From the sequence record OQ990039: a stretch of DNA of 64,000 bases; one strand, written 5' to 3'. Numbering within the stretch: position 1 is the stretch's first letter; every line of letters starts with the position of its first letter. The position numbers and the translations under genes were made by a program. Source of the stretch: Escherichia phage SUT_E420. Positions 45,559 through 55,903 of the stretch are shown here, piece by piece. The notes under the pieces are model-generated. The model saw only the letters and a program-made list of their open reading frames with translations, was not told where the DNA came from and made no database searches.

Positions 45559-46047
45559 TCACATCTCAGCCATTTCAGCTTCAGTAATAACTGTATTACA
45601 TAAGGCGTCTACAGCCTCATTACCACTAATACCAGAATGTCCTTTAACCTTAATAAAGGTAGGGTTAGTATTATGAAAGTTGATATACTGCTGTGTTAAT
45701 TTAAATGCTTCCTGCCAAAGTTCTAGATTAAGAGGAACTTCACCATCTGCTTTCTTCCAGCCTTTCCTTTGCCAAGAAAACATCCAACTTTCCATGCCAT
45801 TTTTGCAATAAGCAGAGTCAGTATAGATAGCAATTGGTCTATTATCTTTTTTAACAGACCAACGTAGGGCTTCTACGATAGCTGTGAGTTCCATCTCATT
45901 ATTTGTAGTTTTAGGATTATAACCAGATTTAGAACCTAAACGATCGTCGTTATCATCATAGACAATAAAACCCCAAGCACCTGGACCTGGATTAGACTTA
46001 CAAGCACCATCTGTGTAAATGTGGAAAACCGACATTATACCTCCCAA
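45559..46047 (-). CDS. rnh: ribonuclease H (RNase HI-like)
   Basis: 162 aa; IYTDGACKSNPGPGAWGF N-terminal motif and YTDS, GHSG regions typical of RNase HI. Confidence 0.8.
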   Translation of the reverse strand: MGGIMSVFHIYTDGACKSNPGPGAWGFIVYDDNDDRLGSKSGYNPKTTNNEMELTAIVEALRWSVKKDNRPIAIYTDSAYCKNGMESWMFSWQRKGWKKADGEVPLNLELWQEAFKLTQQYINFHNTNPTFIKVKGHSGISGNEAVDALCNTVITEAEMAEM

Positions 46048-46316
46048 CTAATTTTAAGACCCATGTCTACAAAGGCGGCTTCTCGGTAGTATTGAGAGAG
46101 ATGATACCCCTTATCCGATAAGGTTTTTAGTACCGATTTAGCGGCTCCTGGCATTTCTCTAGGATTATATAGCCACCTAGCGTAAGGATTATCTCGAATA
46201 ATTACTTCTGTATTTCCAGACTTAGCAGCTTCTACAATCTTTTCTTCTATAAACTTTAGAAAAGCGGGTACTTCTGTTAATCCTGCAAGTTCTTGGGCTT
46301 CTTTGGCTGAAATCAT
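46035..46316 (-). CDS. hypothetical protein
   Basis: 93-aa ORF. Confidence 0.45.
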   Translation of the reverse strand: MISAKEAQELAGLTEVPAFLKFIEEKIVEAAKSGNTEVIIRDNPYARWLYNPREMPGAAKSVLKTLSDKGYHLSQYYREAAFVDMGLKISWEV

Positions 46317-46516
46317 GGCTTTTCACCTTCTGCTACACTTCTGGTTTTTGGTGGGATGGGAGGGTTAGGTTTTATAGCCGCTAATTCCCTATCTAAGAAT
46401 TCCTCTATTGCTCTATCTACAAAGTAGTCATAGGGTAAATGATAATGTTCTGATAGAGTAAGAAGTTTGTGCTCTTGGCTTTCTGTTAAATAAACTTTCT
46501 TTCTAAAGAGTCCCAT
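46313..46516 (-). CDS. hypothetical protein
   Basis: 67-aa ORF. Confidence 0.45.
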   Translation of the reverse strand: MGLFRKKVYLTESQEHKLLTLSEHYHLPYDYFVDRAIEEFLDRELAAIKPNPPIPPKTRSVAEGEKP

Positions 46517-46542
46517 ATGTGTATCTCCAATCTATAAAATAT

Positions 46543-46571
46543 ATTATATTTAAATTTCACTAAATAAGCAA
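46543..46571 (-). promoter_or_regulatory. T5-early-type promoter (-35 TTGCTT, -10 TATAAT)
   Basis: 17-bp spacer. Confidence 0.55.
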
Positions 46572-46588
46572 ATGAAATTTAAATATAA

Positions 46589-46604
46589 TAGCCCCGAAGG
46601 GCTA
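46589..46604 (-). terminator. rho-independent terminator after thyA
   Basis: Hairpin AGCCCC-GAA-GGGGCT just downstream of thyA stop, T/A-rich flank. Confidence 0.55.
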
Positions 46605-46610
46605 TTTAAA

Positions 46611-47465
46611 TTACACAGTGAATGGATATGCAATAGCAGGATGGTGTTCGTAACCACGAACAGTAAAATCATCCTTATTTACCCAGGTCAATACATCCTC
46701 CAGAGTTCGGATATTTGGATTGATTTCTAGAGTAGGAGGTGCAAAGGGTTCACGATCAAATTGCTTATGCTCCATCAAAACATTATACTGATCCTCATAG
46801 ATATGAAGATTGATAATCTTCTGGCGTGCAATCCCTGGTTTAAGGCCTGTAATCTGTGCCATTAATGCTAGAAGCGTATAGCACTGAACCATGTTAAATA
46901 CTTGGCCTAACAGGAAGTCATTAGATCTCTGGAAAGAGTTCAGATATAATGTATCTCCCAAAATAGAGAACTGATGAGTATGCATACATGGACGTAAGCA
47001 ACCCTTTGAGAACTCCCCCGGATTCCAGAAGGTTAGAATTTCCCCACGATCATCAATGCCCTTTTTCAGATTATGATAAATCTTGGCTAGTTGGTCAAAC
47101 ATAAGACCATCGGAATTAGTCCACTGACGTCCTTGAACACCATAGACTCGTCCCATATCATCCTCACCTTTACGGTATGGATTGTCTAGCCAAGCTAAGT
47201 TTTCATTTGCATTAGCATTCCATGTGTTAACACCAATAGCGCGGAATTGTGCTGCTGAATCATACCCACGTAGATACCCAATCATTTCCATTATTGCTTG
47301 TTTTGCAAACGCCTTACGAGTAGTAATAAGTGGGAATTCACCTGCACCTACGTTAAAAGTAAAATCTGCATCAATAATGGTGAGGCAACGAACCCCTGTT
47401 CTGGGATTCGTTACCCACTGACCTTCTGATAGAATACGTTTTCCAACTTCTATATACTGATCCAT
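46611..47465 (-). CDS. thyA: thymidylate synthase
   Basis: 284 aa; full-length ThyA-like sequence including catalytic-Cys region (CMHTHQF). Confidence 0.85.
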   Translation of the reverse strand: MDQYIEVGKRILSEGQWVTNPRTGVRCLTIIDADFTFNVGAGEFPLITTRKAFAKQAIMEMIGYLRGYDSAAQFRAIGVNTWNANANENLAWLDNPYRKGEDDMGRVYGVQGRQWTNSDGLMFDQLAKIYHNLKKGIDDRGEILTFWNPGEFSKGCLRPCMHTHQFSILGDTLYLNSFQRSNDFLLGQVFNMVQCYTLLALMAQITGLKPGIARQKIINLHIYEDQYNVLMEHKQFDREPFAPPTLEINPNIRTLEDVLTWVNKDDFTVRGYEHHPAIAYPFTV

Positions 47466-47998
47466 TAATAAGTAACCAATTCCTGTACAAATCGCAGGCT
47501 GTTATCACTGTTTGCGCCAGTTGCGTAAACTAAACGAGTAGATTCATAGTTGTAATCTAGAATCGTATTATCCAGATATACATCTGCCTCTAGTTTTTGA
47601 TTACTAAAGATTGTGGATACAAAAGCACTTTCAATATGACCATATTGATACATTTCTAGAAGAAGGTTAGCACCACCTAGAACTACTGTCTGCTGATCTT
47701 TCAGAAATGTAGGTAAAGCATCCCCAATCTTAGAAATTGGGGTGTAAATATCATGTGTAATATCATCTGGCAGTGGACGATCAGCACGAATAAATAGGTC
47801 AGAAGCTCCAATCATACGTTCTCTAACGGCGTATGGAAGAGCTAAATAAGTACCCGCACCAATGATGATGTTATCTGGATTCAACACGTCCAGTTGAGAA
47901 TAGAAAGCATCTAGTTCTTCTTTGAAGGAACCCCATGGAAGTTTACCGCGGAGGCCGAACTCCCCATTCGGCCCAACTGCATACATTGCTGTAATCAT
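47465..47998 (-). CDS. frd: dihydrofolate reductase
   Basis: 177 aa; [15 protein letters not shown]... start, adjacent to thyA with overlapping stop/start. Confidence 0.75.
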   Translation of the reverse strand: MITAMYAVGPNGEFGLRGKLPWGSFKEELDAFYSQLDVLNPDNIIIGAGTYLALPYAVRERMIGASDLFIRADRPLPDDITHDIYTPISKIGDALPTFLKDQQTVVLGGANLLLEMYQYGHIESAFVSTIFSNQKLEADVYLDNTILDYNYESTRLVYATGANSDNSLRFVQELVTY

Positions 47999-49140
47999 AA
48001 GAAATCTCCAAATTCATTACCCAGATCTTTCAGAGTATCAGTAGAGGTCTCAGTTACCTGACCTACACGGTAGGCTGCACCAATCTGGATTTCTTGTGGA
48101 GCAGGCTGTAGAGAAGTAGTATCCAACCAGTTCATAATCCACGGAATAGGGTTTTTGGTGATTACTGGTAAATGACTAGGCCATTCTACACCGATGTGCA
48201 TAAATGCATTACGTCCCACAAAATACAGATATTCTTCTAGAAGTTCTGCATTCAAGCCAATCAGACTACGACCTTTGAAAATGAAATGACCCCATTCAAT
48301 TTCAGTTTTCAGAGTTTTCAGGAGCTGTGCTGGTGCTTTAGCCACTGCTTCATCTACCAGATCTTTGTCAAATTGCTGAAACATAATCTGGATGATTGCT
48401 TTGGACATCTGAGTGTGCAGAGCTTCATCTTTAGCGATTAATTGCAGATTTTTAGCAATACCTTGCAGAATATCGTTCTCTGCTAATGCAAAGGTACATG
48501 CAAAGGATGCGTAAAACTGCATTGCTTCCAGACCATAGATCGCAAAGTAAGCGTCTAATAGTTTAGCCTGAGTTTCACGTTTAACTTCAGGGAACTCAGT
48601 TTCTGGATATGTATTGTCGCCACGATGATCGCGTACTGCGATGAAATACTGACCTAACTGGTACAGTTCATCGAATAGTTCAACAGAATCAGCGATGCGC
48701 GCGAATGCTTCTTGGTTTTTGGTTACAGAATCAATAAATTCTGCTGGATCAGTCAGCACATTACGAATAATATTGCTATAAGCACGACTATGCAGGTCTT
48801 CAAAATAGCTCCACTGTTTGAGCATACCTTCCAATTCTGGACGACTTACAAGCGGCATAATAGCTGCTTCAGGGGCACGACTAATAAAGGAATCAGTTTG
48901 AGTTTGCCATGCTAAGTTCAGGAGTGTAATTTCCTGAATTTCTCGTGGGAGATTAGGCCATTGTTTCTTATCTGCTTCCAGACTGATTTCAGTTTCAGTC
49001 CAAAATTGAGAGCGCTGCAGAAGTGCCAGACGTTCTAGTTCTGGATGTGCTACACGTACATAATCTGCGATACCGAGAGAATCTCCCAGGAAAAGGTCGG
49101 CGTTAGTATGATCCCAATTCAGGTTTAGTAAAGTAGTCAT
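47995..49140 (-). CDS. nrdB: ribonucleotide reductase small subunit
   Basis: 381 aa; di-iron/tyrosyl-radical region (EAMQFYASFACTFALAE) and conserved C-terminus. Confidence 0.85.
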   Translation of the reverse strand: MTTLLNLNWDHTNADLFLGDSLGIADYVRVAHPELERLALLQRSQFWTETEISLEADKKQWPNLPREIQEITLLNLAWQTQTDSFISRAPEAAIMPLVSRPELEGMLKQWSYFEDLHSRAYSNIIRNVLTDPAEFIDSVTKNQEAFARIADSVELFDELYQLGQYFIAVRDHRGDNTYPETEFPEVKRETQAKLLDAYFAIYGLEAMQFYASFACTFALAENDILQGIAKNLQLIAKDEALHTQMSKAIIQIMFQQFDKDLVDEAVAKAPAQLLKTLKTEIEWGHFIFKGRSLIGLNAELLEEYLYFVGRNAFMHIGVEWPSHLPVITKNPIPWIMNWLDTTSLQPAPQEIQIGAAYRVGQVTETSTDTLKDLGNEFGDFL

Positions 49141-49171
49141 TGATTTTCCTCTTTCTCACTATTTCAGGAAT

Positions 49172-49200
49172 ATTATAGCAAATCTGGTAGCGATTAGCAA
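49172..49200 (-). promoter_or_regulatory. T5-early-type promoter for nrdB (-35 TTGCTA, -10 TATAAT)
   Basis: 17-bp spacer. Confidence 0.55.
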
Positions 49201-49206
49201 GTAAAA

Positions 49207-49689
49207 TTATAAACTATCAAGCTCCAATAGTTTAGCATCGCGCCATTCTATAGCATCCTCTAATTCTTTGAATGTTTTAGTATGTTTTACACCTTTTCTA
49301 GCAATCTGGACTTGGTAAGATCCGCTTGCTTTTTGGTGTATATTCTTAATACCTAACTTATTGTCTTTGTGCGCTCCGACATTCTTTCCATTGTTAAATC
49401 TATCAGATGCTAATAAATTAATTGCTCTATTATCATGACGTATTCTGTTGTCATGGTCTACTTCTTTTGGAATGTATCCATGAGTGATATAGAATGCTAG
49501 GATATGTGCATAGTATTTTTTACCCCTTACTTGCATTACTATATACCCTGAGCATTTTTCTAGAGAACCTGCTTCTTTGCCAGCAAACTTAGTATTAAAG
49601 GATTTATCTTCTCTAGGTTTGTGGGTAAAGATTCCAGTTTCTGGATTATAGTCAAATAACCCAGCTATTTCTTTATATTTTTCTTCCAT
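49207..49689 (-). CDS. HNH homing endonuclease
   Basis: 160 aa; HNH motif VDHDNRIRHDNRAINL; inserted between nrdA and nrdB. Confidence 0.7.
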   Translation of the reverse strand: MEEKYKEIAGLFDYNPETGIFTHKPREDKSFNTKFAGKEAGSLEKCSGYIVMQVRGKKYYAHILAFYITHGYIPKEVDHDNRIRHDNRAINLLASDRFNNGKNVGAHKDNKLGIKNIHQKASGSYQVQIARKGVKHTKTFKELEDAIEWRDAKLLELDSL

Positions 49690-49721
49690 AATCTAAAATT
49701 ACAGCTATGATAGGCCTAATA

Positions 49722-49739
49722 AAGGGGCTTTCGCCCCTT
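49722..49739 (-). terminator. hairpin, probable terminator after nrdA
   Basis: Stem AAGGGGC/GCCCCTT with 4-nt loop, 5 bp downstream of nrdA stop. Confidence 0.5.
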
Positions 49740-49744
49740 ATTTA

Positions 49745-52078
49745 TTATAATTGACAACCACCGGATGCACATCCAGCAGCAGCTTCTTCACCTGCACCTC
49801 CACCATTTGCAGTATTGAAGTTTGCATAGTAGAAAGTTTTCCACCCATACTTAACAGCAGTCATGAAATCACGAACTACTACTGGGCCAGGAATGATTTC
49901 ATTCTCAAACTTGGTGTAGTCATAGTACATATTCGTACTGATAGACTGACTGAAGAATTTCTGCATAGTTGCTACCCACTTGATCCACTCGATACGATCT
50001 ACATCATAAGCCAGTTTATAGCTCATTAACGTTTCCCAATCGGTTGCACCTGGAGCAATTGCAATTACTTTATTTACTGCACTACCCTTGATAGATACAA
50101 TCTTACGAGGTGGTTCGATAGAGTTAGTAACACCTAACAGAACAGAAGAACTTTCTCCCGGCATCTGAGCAGTCAGAACAGAGTTACGCATACCATATTT
50201 CAGAATATCTGCACGCAGAGACTCCCAATCCATTTCTAGACCTACGGATACCAGTTCATCAACAGTTTTCTTGTACGTGTCGATTACCAGAATTCCTTTA
50301 GATGGTTTAGTACGATCAAACCACTCACATGCACCCTGTTCTTTAGCTAGGCGTACAGAGGCTTTATGCAGGAAGTAAGACAGTTTTTCAGCCTCACGGT
50401 GAATCCAGTTACGAGCTTCAATACCTTCATAAGCCAGACCTTCTGCTGCCATTGCACCTGCTGCGTTCATCAGGCCAATACCAACATTACGACGTTTCTT
50501 AGCCGTATATTCCATAGTTGGGAACGGATAATCCTGAATTTCAATAATTGTATCAACGAATTTCAGAAGGATGTAGCAAGTTTTTTCCCACTCAGCCAGA
50601 GATTCCATGCGTCCAAGTACAACACCGCCTAAGTTACACAGAGATACTTCACCAATATCCTCCGGCTTCATTTGATCAAGTTGTTCTTTTGTTTTATACA
50701 GTTCCGTGATATGATGGAACGGGCGTGTAGGCTGAGTAATTTCAACACAAAGGTTTGTCATACGGATCGGATCAAGGAAGTTACCGTGACGATTAGATTC
50801 CCCGATGTGATGAGCATACATACGTCCTGTTTCCATTCGGATACGTAGCCAAGTATCTAGGATTTCTTTTGCAGAGACTTTAGGAGCTGCTGGAACTGTT
50901 TTTCCTTCGTGGTCGATCTTTGTAAGAGATGCCACACGTTTCTCCGCTGCCACGTAGATTTCTTCAAATTTAGCCTCGTCATCACTATAAAACGCTTCAT
51001 GAACTTCTGGAGCATAGAAGTATGACATTAGCGTAATATCTTCGTTTTTAAGATAACGTTTTAACAAAAGATTGTTAAAGCTCAGAGAATAGTCCATCTT
51101 ATCGATTTTATTCTCATCTGTAGCACGTTGTTGCTTAACCTGCATCAATTGAATGATTTCAGGGTCGAAGTACGTATAAGACACTGTGGCAGAACCACCA
51201 CGAGTTTGCTGAGTATTGGCCTTTACTGAGCGGTCAATGTGTCGATAATATGGCAGTTTTCCGGAATGCGGGAATGCCCCATTTCGCACCGGATCAGCAA
51301 TTGATCGGCTTTCAAGATGATACCCGATTCCCGCTCTGGCTGCGACCATTTTGAAGACGATGTGCTCGGCGGTGTCGATTGAATCCAACGTGTCAGTGGA
51401 ATCCACGAGGCAGCAACTAGCAAATCCACGGTCACTAGAGCGCAGACCAACCAGTGGCGGCGTAGGAATGTTGATTTTGTGGAGTGACATTGCGTTGTAG
51501 AGGTCGATTGCATCTAGAATTGTCCAGTTAGGTTGAGATAACATCGCCATTGCCATACCCATGTAGGCAAACTGCGGAGTTTCATAGATTTCACCAGTGG
51601 CTATGTTACGACGGGAATACTTATCAAAGAACTGTTTCAGCCCACCACTAGTAAAAAGACGGTCACGATCATGGTCGATAACCTGATTCAGAGCTTCAAA
51701 TTGCTCATCGGTAATCCATGCACTCATGTCTTCCCATGCACCTACGCTAACCATATGGTCATGGAAGAAGCGCAGAGAAGGTGGTTCGAAGGAATCATAG
51801 AGGCGTTTACGCATTTGCGCAAGACGTAATTCCTTTGCTGGCACATCATATGCTGGATTATCTTTGATAAGACTTTCAGCAGCTTTAATTAATGCATCCA
51901 TCAGAGTGTCGGAATCTACAACCCCTTTAGGCAGAGTTTTTTGAGCAGCCATAGTAATGGCTGACCAACTTACATCAACTGTTTTGCAACCATACTCCGC
52001 CCAACCATTGAGTTTTTCAGGAGCAAAGTCTTCTACAGTACCGTCACGTTTAATTACTTTTTCAATGCGATGGCTCAT
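49745..52078 (-). CDS. nrdA: ribonucleotide reductase large subunit
   Basis: ORF 49745-52183 trimmed to MSHRIEKVIKRDGT (ATP-cone start) after AAGGAA ribosome-binding site; CNLG and catalytic regions present. Confidence 0.85.
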   Translation of the reverse strand: MSHRIEKVIKRDGTVEDFAPEKLNGWAEYGCKTVDVSWSAITMAAQKTLPKGVVDSDTLMDALIKAAESLIKDNPAYDVPAKELRLAQMRKRLYDSFEPPSLRFFHDHMVSVGAWEDMSAWITDEQFEALNQVIDHDRDRLFTSGGLKQFFDKYSRRNIATGEIYETPQFAYMGMAMAMLSQPNWTILDAIDLYNAMSLHKINIPTPPLVGLRSSDRGFASCCLVDSTDTLDSIDTAEHIVFKMVAARAGIGYHLESRSIADPVRNGAFPHSGKLPYYRHIDRSVKANTQQTRGGSATVSYTYFDPEIIQLMQVKQQRATDENKIDKMDYSLSFNNLLLKRYLKNEDITLMSYFYAPEVHEAFYSDDEAKFEEIYVAAEKRVASLTKIDHEGKTVPAAPKVSAKEILDTWLRIRMETGRMYAHHIGESNRHGNFLDPIRMTNLCVEITQPTRPFHHITELYKTKEQLDQMKPEDIGEVSLCNLGGVVLGRMESLAEWEKTCYILLKFVDTIIEIQDYPFPTMEYTAKKRRNVGIGLMNAAGAMAAEGLAYEGIEARNWIHREAEKLSYFLHKASVRLAKEQGACEWFDRTKPSKGILVIDTYKKTVDELVSVGLEMDWESLRADILKYGMRNSVLTAQMPGESSSVLLGVTNSIEPPRKIVSIKGSAVNKVIAIAPGATDWETLMSYKLAYDVDRIEWIKWVATMQKFFSQSISTNMYYDYTKFENEIIPGPVVVRDFMTAVKYGWKTFYYANFNTANGGGAGEEAAAGCASGGCQL

Positions 52079-52220
52079 TTGGCTTTCCTTTTTATAGTTA
52101 TCAGGATTTAAGGAATATTCTACTTTATTATCGGTCATTAGGCAAATAAAATTTTCTGATAGAAAAGGCCCGAGTATTTTCATACCCAGGCCCTGTATAT
52201 TACCAGTCTAGCTTTTTAGC

Positions 52221-52511
52221 TTATTCAATTACTTTAGCTCTAGCTACTTCTTTTAATAGAATATCTATGGAGGTGCTCAGCTCGTTATAATTGAATGGTT
52301 TATTTGGATTTGAGGTTACAATTTTCCACGCTAGGGTTGTCTTAGGACTTTCTTCCCCTTCCTTACGTGTAATCATATTAGCAGCACTCAGTGAAGTACG
52401 ATGTATTTTAGTTTTACGGCTCAGATGAACGACGTTTCCCATATTACACCTTCCCCATGTCTTTAAAAATATCATAGAATGCTTTAGACTCAACAGAACG
52501 AACGTTATCAA
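52221..52511 (-). CDS. hypothetical protein
   Basis: 96-aa ORF overlapping phoH end. Confidence 0.4.
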   Translation of the reverse strand: MITFVLLSLKHSMIFLKTWGRCNMGNVVHLSRKTKIHRTSLSAANMITRKEGEESPKTTLAWKIVTSNPNKPFNYNELSTSIDILLKEVARAKVIE

Positions 52512-53205
52512 TCAATTCGATCATTGAGAATGGGGCATTTTCGTATTTTTCATAGACTTCCATAAGGAGTGCTAGACCTGAGTCACCTTTAATGTCTTTC
52601 TGAGCTATATCTCCGCAGATAATTAAACGGCAGTCTTGTCCTACACGAGTTAGGAGACAAATCATTGCCTCAACGGAAATATTCTGAGCTTCATCGACAA
52701 TTACATAGGAGTTGTTGAAAGTTCTGCCACGAGCATGTTCGACAGCCAAAAATTTAATTTTCTGACGTTCGACATATCCTTTATACGCATGATCGCCGAT
52801 GGCCCATTTCATACCATCAGCTATTGGCTCCAACCAAGGCTCTAGCTTTTCCGCTAGATCACCAGGAAGCATACCAAGAGACTTACCTAGAGGTTCATTA
52901 GGACGTACGAGAATCACTTGCTCAATATCTGAGTGAATGTCTGCGAGTTCCTGAGCTGCAAGAACGGACGGAATAAAGGTTTTACCAGTACCTGGCTCAC
53001 CGATACCCACAGTCACTGTGTTGTTCTTGATCATATTGATATATGATTTTTGCTCGCGGTTTTTACCTACTAGGGATTTAGCAACTGGGTTAGCGTAATC
53101 ATTAGAAAAATCAGCCTGAATTACGTTATTCTCATATTTGTTGCCACGCTTTCTTGAACCATTACGGTTCTCTCTTTTTTGACGTGCTTTTCCCATAAAT
53201 AACAC
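52444..53205 (-). CDS. phoH: PhoH-like ATPase
   Basis: 253 aa; Walker A GEPGTGKTF and Walker B-like IVDEAQN. Confidence 0.8.
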   Translation of the reverse strand: MLFMGKARQKRENRNGSRKRGNKYENNVIQADFSNDYANPVAKSLVGKNREQKSYINMIKNNTVTVGIGEPGTGKTFIPSVLAAQELADIHSDIEQVILVRPNEPLGKSLGMLPGDLAEKLEPWLEPIADGMKWAIGDHAYKGYVERQKIKFLAVEHARGRTFNNSYVIVDEAQNISVEAMICLLTRVGQDCRLIICGDIAQKDIKGDSGLALLMEVYEKYENAPFSMIELIDNVRSVESKAFYDIFKDMGKV

Positions 53206-53269
53206 TCCTATAGTGTACTTCGCTAACAGAGGATCAACAAAAAGATCTTGTTTATCAACTTACAAATAT

Positions 53270-53298
53270 ATTATACCAATATATACAGTAAAAAGCAA
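53270..53298 (-). promoter_or_regulatory. T5-early-type promoter for phoH-nrdA operon (-35 TTGCTT, -10 TATAAT)
   Basis: 17-bp spacer, in divergent intergenic region. Confidence 0.55.
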
Positions 53299-53490
53299 CT
53301 ACAATTTTAAATAAGCCTATGATATTGCATTTAAATAAAAAATTTGCTTGCTTTTAACGTGAGATGTGTGATACTAGATAATCATTTTATATCGCGTGCA
53401 CGAGTGTGTGATTATACAATTTTTAATAGAGATTGGCAAATAAAATTTTTTGACTCAGATCATGTTACAGAACTTTATAGTAAAATATTG

Positions 53491-53519
53491 TTGACATCCG
53501 CCCTCGAATGAGTTATAAT
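53491..53519 (+). promoter_or_regulatory. consensus sigma70 promoter for nrdD (-35 TTGACA, 17 bp, -10 TATAAT)
   Basis: Perfect hexamers; GAAGGAG ribosome-binding site follows. Confidence 0.7.
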
Positions 53520-53548
53520 AGTAGTCTTAGTTAGAGAAGGAGAGTATA

Positions 53549-55423
53549 ATGAATCGCAATGAAGAACTAAAGTATAAAGAAATGCAGGCGTTAATTAGAA
53601 ACTGCAAAGAGATTATCGAAGGGTCAGCAGATGAAGAGCTGCTGTTTAATAATGCTAATAAACCCTCAGAACGTTTCCCTACACAAAGGGATATGCTTGC
53701 AGGTGAATTGAGTAAGTATCTGATTCTAGAAGAAATGCCAATTCAGATTCGAAATGCTCATATGATTGGGGATATTCATTTCCATGATGCTGATTATGCT
53801 GCATTAGGCATGACTAACTGTTGTCTGGTAGCTTTGGAAGATATGTTGAAGAATGGTATGAAGGTTGGTAATGCTGAAATTAGCACTCCAAACTCTATCA
53901 CTACTGCGGCGGCTATTACTGCTCAGATTATCACTCAGGTTAGCTCCCATCAGTATGGTGGTACTTCTGTAGACCGCCTTGATGAAGTATTAGCCCCTTA
54001 TGTTCGTAAATCATATGACAAAAATCATGCGTTTGCAAAACGTTGGACTAAGGATGAAGCCAAAGCATCCGTAATGGCTACGGAGATGACTGAAAAGGAA
54101 GTCTATGACGCTTGTCAGGGTTTAGAATATGAAATCAATACCATGTTCAACTCTAACGGTCAGAGTCCATTTATTACCTTTGGTTTTGGTCTAGGAACTT
54201 CTTGGGAAGCACGTCTAGTACAGAAAGCAATACTGAAAGTACGCATGGATGGTTTAGGTATCAATAAACGTACAGCTATCTTCCCGAAACTGGTATTTGT
54301 ACTTCGTGATGGTGTTAACATGAAACCAGGAGATGTTAATTATGACATCAAGAAGTTAGCTATGAAATGTACTGCTGAACGTATGTATCCAGATTATATC
54401 AGCTATGACAAAGTTGTAGAAGTTACTGGAGACTATAAAGTTTCTATGGGCTGTCGTTCATTCCTAGCTGCTACAGAAGATGGTGAAACTGCCGGTCGTA
54501 ATAACTTAGGTGTTGTTTCTGTAAACTTGCCTAGAATTGCTATCGAAGCTGAAGGAAATATTGACCTATTTTTTGATTTGCTTGAACTGCGTGTGGATAC
54601 AGCGTTAAAAGCATTGGAGTGGAGAGTTGATCGCTTAAAATACATCCAAGCTAAAGCTGCACCCATCCTCTATATGTCAGGAGCCTTTGGGTTACGCTTG
54701 GAGCCTGATGAATATGTATTCGATCATTTCTATAATCGTGCTTCTGTATCTCTAGGGTATATTGGCTGCCATGAAATGCTACAGTTCATGTTTGGCAAAG
54801 ATATAGACACAATGTCCGAGACCTGCATCAAGTTTGTTCAGCGTGTATTGCAGTACATGCGGGATAGAGTCGATCAGAAGAAGGAAGAAACTAAGTTAGG
54901 TTATAGCCTGTATGCTACACCATCAGAATCCCTATGTGATCGCTTTTGTCGTCTAGACCGTGAATATTTCCCGGAACATGAAGATATTCTGTCCAAAGGA
55001 TACTACACTAACTCTCACCACCTTGATGTGGAACGTAAAGTTGCTCCTAACGTGAAATTTGATTATGAATCTAACTTTACTCCGATTGCTTCTGGTGGGT
55101 GTATTTCCTACGTAGAATTACCGGATATGAAACGATTCCCAGATGCACTGGAATGGGTTATTAATTATGCTGCTAGTAAGGTTCATTACTTCGGTATTAA
55201 TACTCCAGTGGATTCTTGCGGTAAATGTGGATTCTTAGGTGAAACAATAGCATCCGAAGATGGATTTAAGTGCCCTATCTGTGGTAATCATGACCCCGAA
55301 ACTCTTGAAGTAACTCGTCGAGTTTGTGGGTATCTTGGAAATCCGGGTGCTCGTCCATTTAACCCCGGCAAACAGCACGAGGTGATGGGCAGAGTGAAAC
55401 ATCAGGATATTCGAGCTAAATAA
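53549..55423 (+). CDS. nrdD: anaerobic ribonucleoside-triphosphate reductase
   Basis: 624 aa; C-terminal glycyl-radical motif RVCGYLG and Cys cluster CGKCG...CPICG. Confidence 0.8.
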   Translation: MNRNEELKYKEMQALIRNCKEIIEGSADEELLFNNANKPSERFPTQRDMLAGELSKYLILEEMPIQIRNAHMIGDIHFHDADYAALGMTNCCLVALEDMLKNGMKVGNAEISTPNSITTAAAITAQIITQVSSHQYGGTSVDRLDEVLAPYVRKSYDKNHAFAKRWTKDEAKASVMATEMTEKEVYDACQGLEYEINTMFNSNGQSPFITFGFGLGTSWEARLVQKAILKVRMDGLGINKRTAIFPKLVFVLRDGVNMKPGDVNYDIKKLAMKCTAERMYPDYISYDKVVEVTGDYKVSMGCRSFLAATEDGETAGRNNLGVVSVNLPRIAIEAEGNIDLFFDLLELRVDTALKALEWRVDRLKYIQAKAAPILYMSGAFGLRLEPDEYVFDHFYNRASVSLGYIGCHEMLQFMFGKDIDTMSETCIKFVQRVLQYMRDRVDQKKEETKLGYSLYATPSESLCDRFCRLDREYFPEHEDILSKGYYTNSHHLDVERKVAPNVKFDYESNFTPIASGGCISYVELPDMKRFPDALEWVINYAASKVHYFGINTPVDSCGKCGFLGETIASEDGFKCPICGNHDPETLEVTRRVCGYLGNPGARPFNPGKQHEVMGRVKHQDIRAK

Positions 55424-55430
55424 GCTAATC

Positions 55431-55465
55431 AGCCGGGTTGCTAGTCGACCTGGCTTTTATTTTAT
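55431..55465 (+). terminator. candidate rho-independent terminator after nrdD
   Basis: Imperfect stem AGCCGGG.../...CCTGGCT followed by TTTTATTTTATTT. Confidence 0.45.
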
Positions 55466-55494
55466 TTGCTTTCAGCCAAAAATTTATATATAAT
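55466..55494 (+). promoter_or_regulatory. T5-type promoter (-35 TTGCTT, 17 bp, -10 TATAAT)
   Basis: Followed by AGATTTATAAATTTGAGAGGAG leader, closely resembling T5 early promoters. Confidence 0.7.
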
Positions 55495-55522
55495 AGATTT
55501 ATAAATTTGAGAGGAGAAAGGT

Positions 55523-55903
55523 ATGGAATTAAAGCCCTATATAGTTGAGTCTACATGTGGTGGTTTCCATCTTGGCGTAGACGATCTTAGAGAAGCTATT
55601 TTTGCATCTACTGGAGATTATTCCCATCTAGAGGGTATTGGATATTCATCAATTATTGGTGATTGGGTAGAAACAAATCTAGATGTATCACCATATAACT
55701 CAGATTGCTTGTTTGACGAGGATGAGGATGAAATAAAGTATGATATTGAATTTGTTTATAATAGAGTATTAAAAGTATACCAACGTAATCCCGAGGGATA
55801 CGAAGATATTACTAAAGGTATTAAACAGTATCTTAAAGATGTATACTATAATTTTTCTGATGAAGACCTAGAAACAGTTGCAGTGGAGTTTAATAATGGC
55901 TAA
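55523..55903 (+). CDS. hypothetical acidic protein
   Basis: 126-aa ORF. Confidence 0.5.
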   Translation: MELKPYIVESTCGGFHLGVDDLREAIFASTGDYSHLEGIGYSSIIGDWVETNLDVSPYNSDCLFDEDEDEIKYDIEFVYNRVLKVYQRNPEGYEDITKGIKQYLKDVYYNFSDEDLETVAVEFNNG

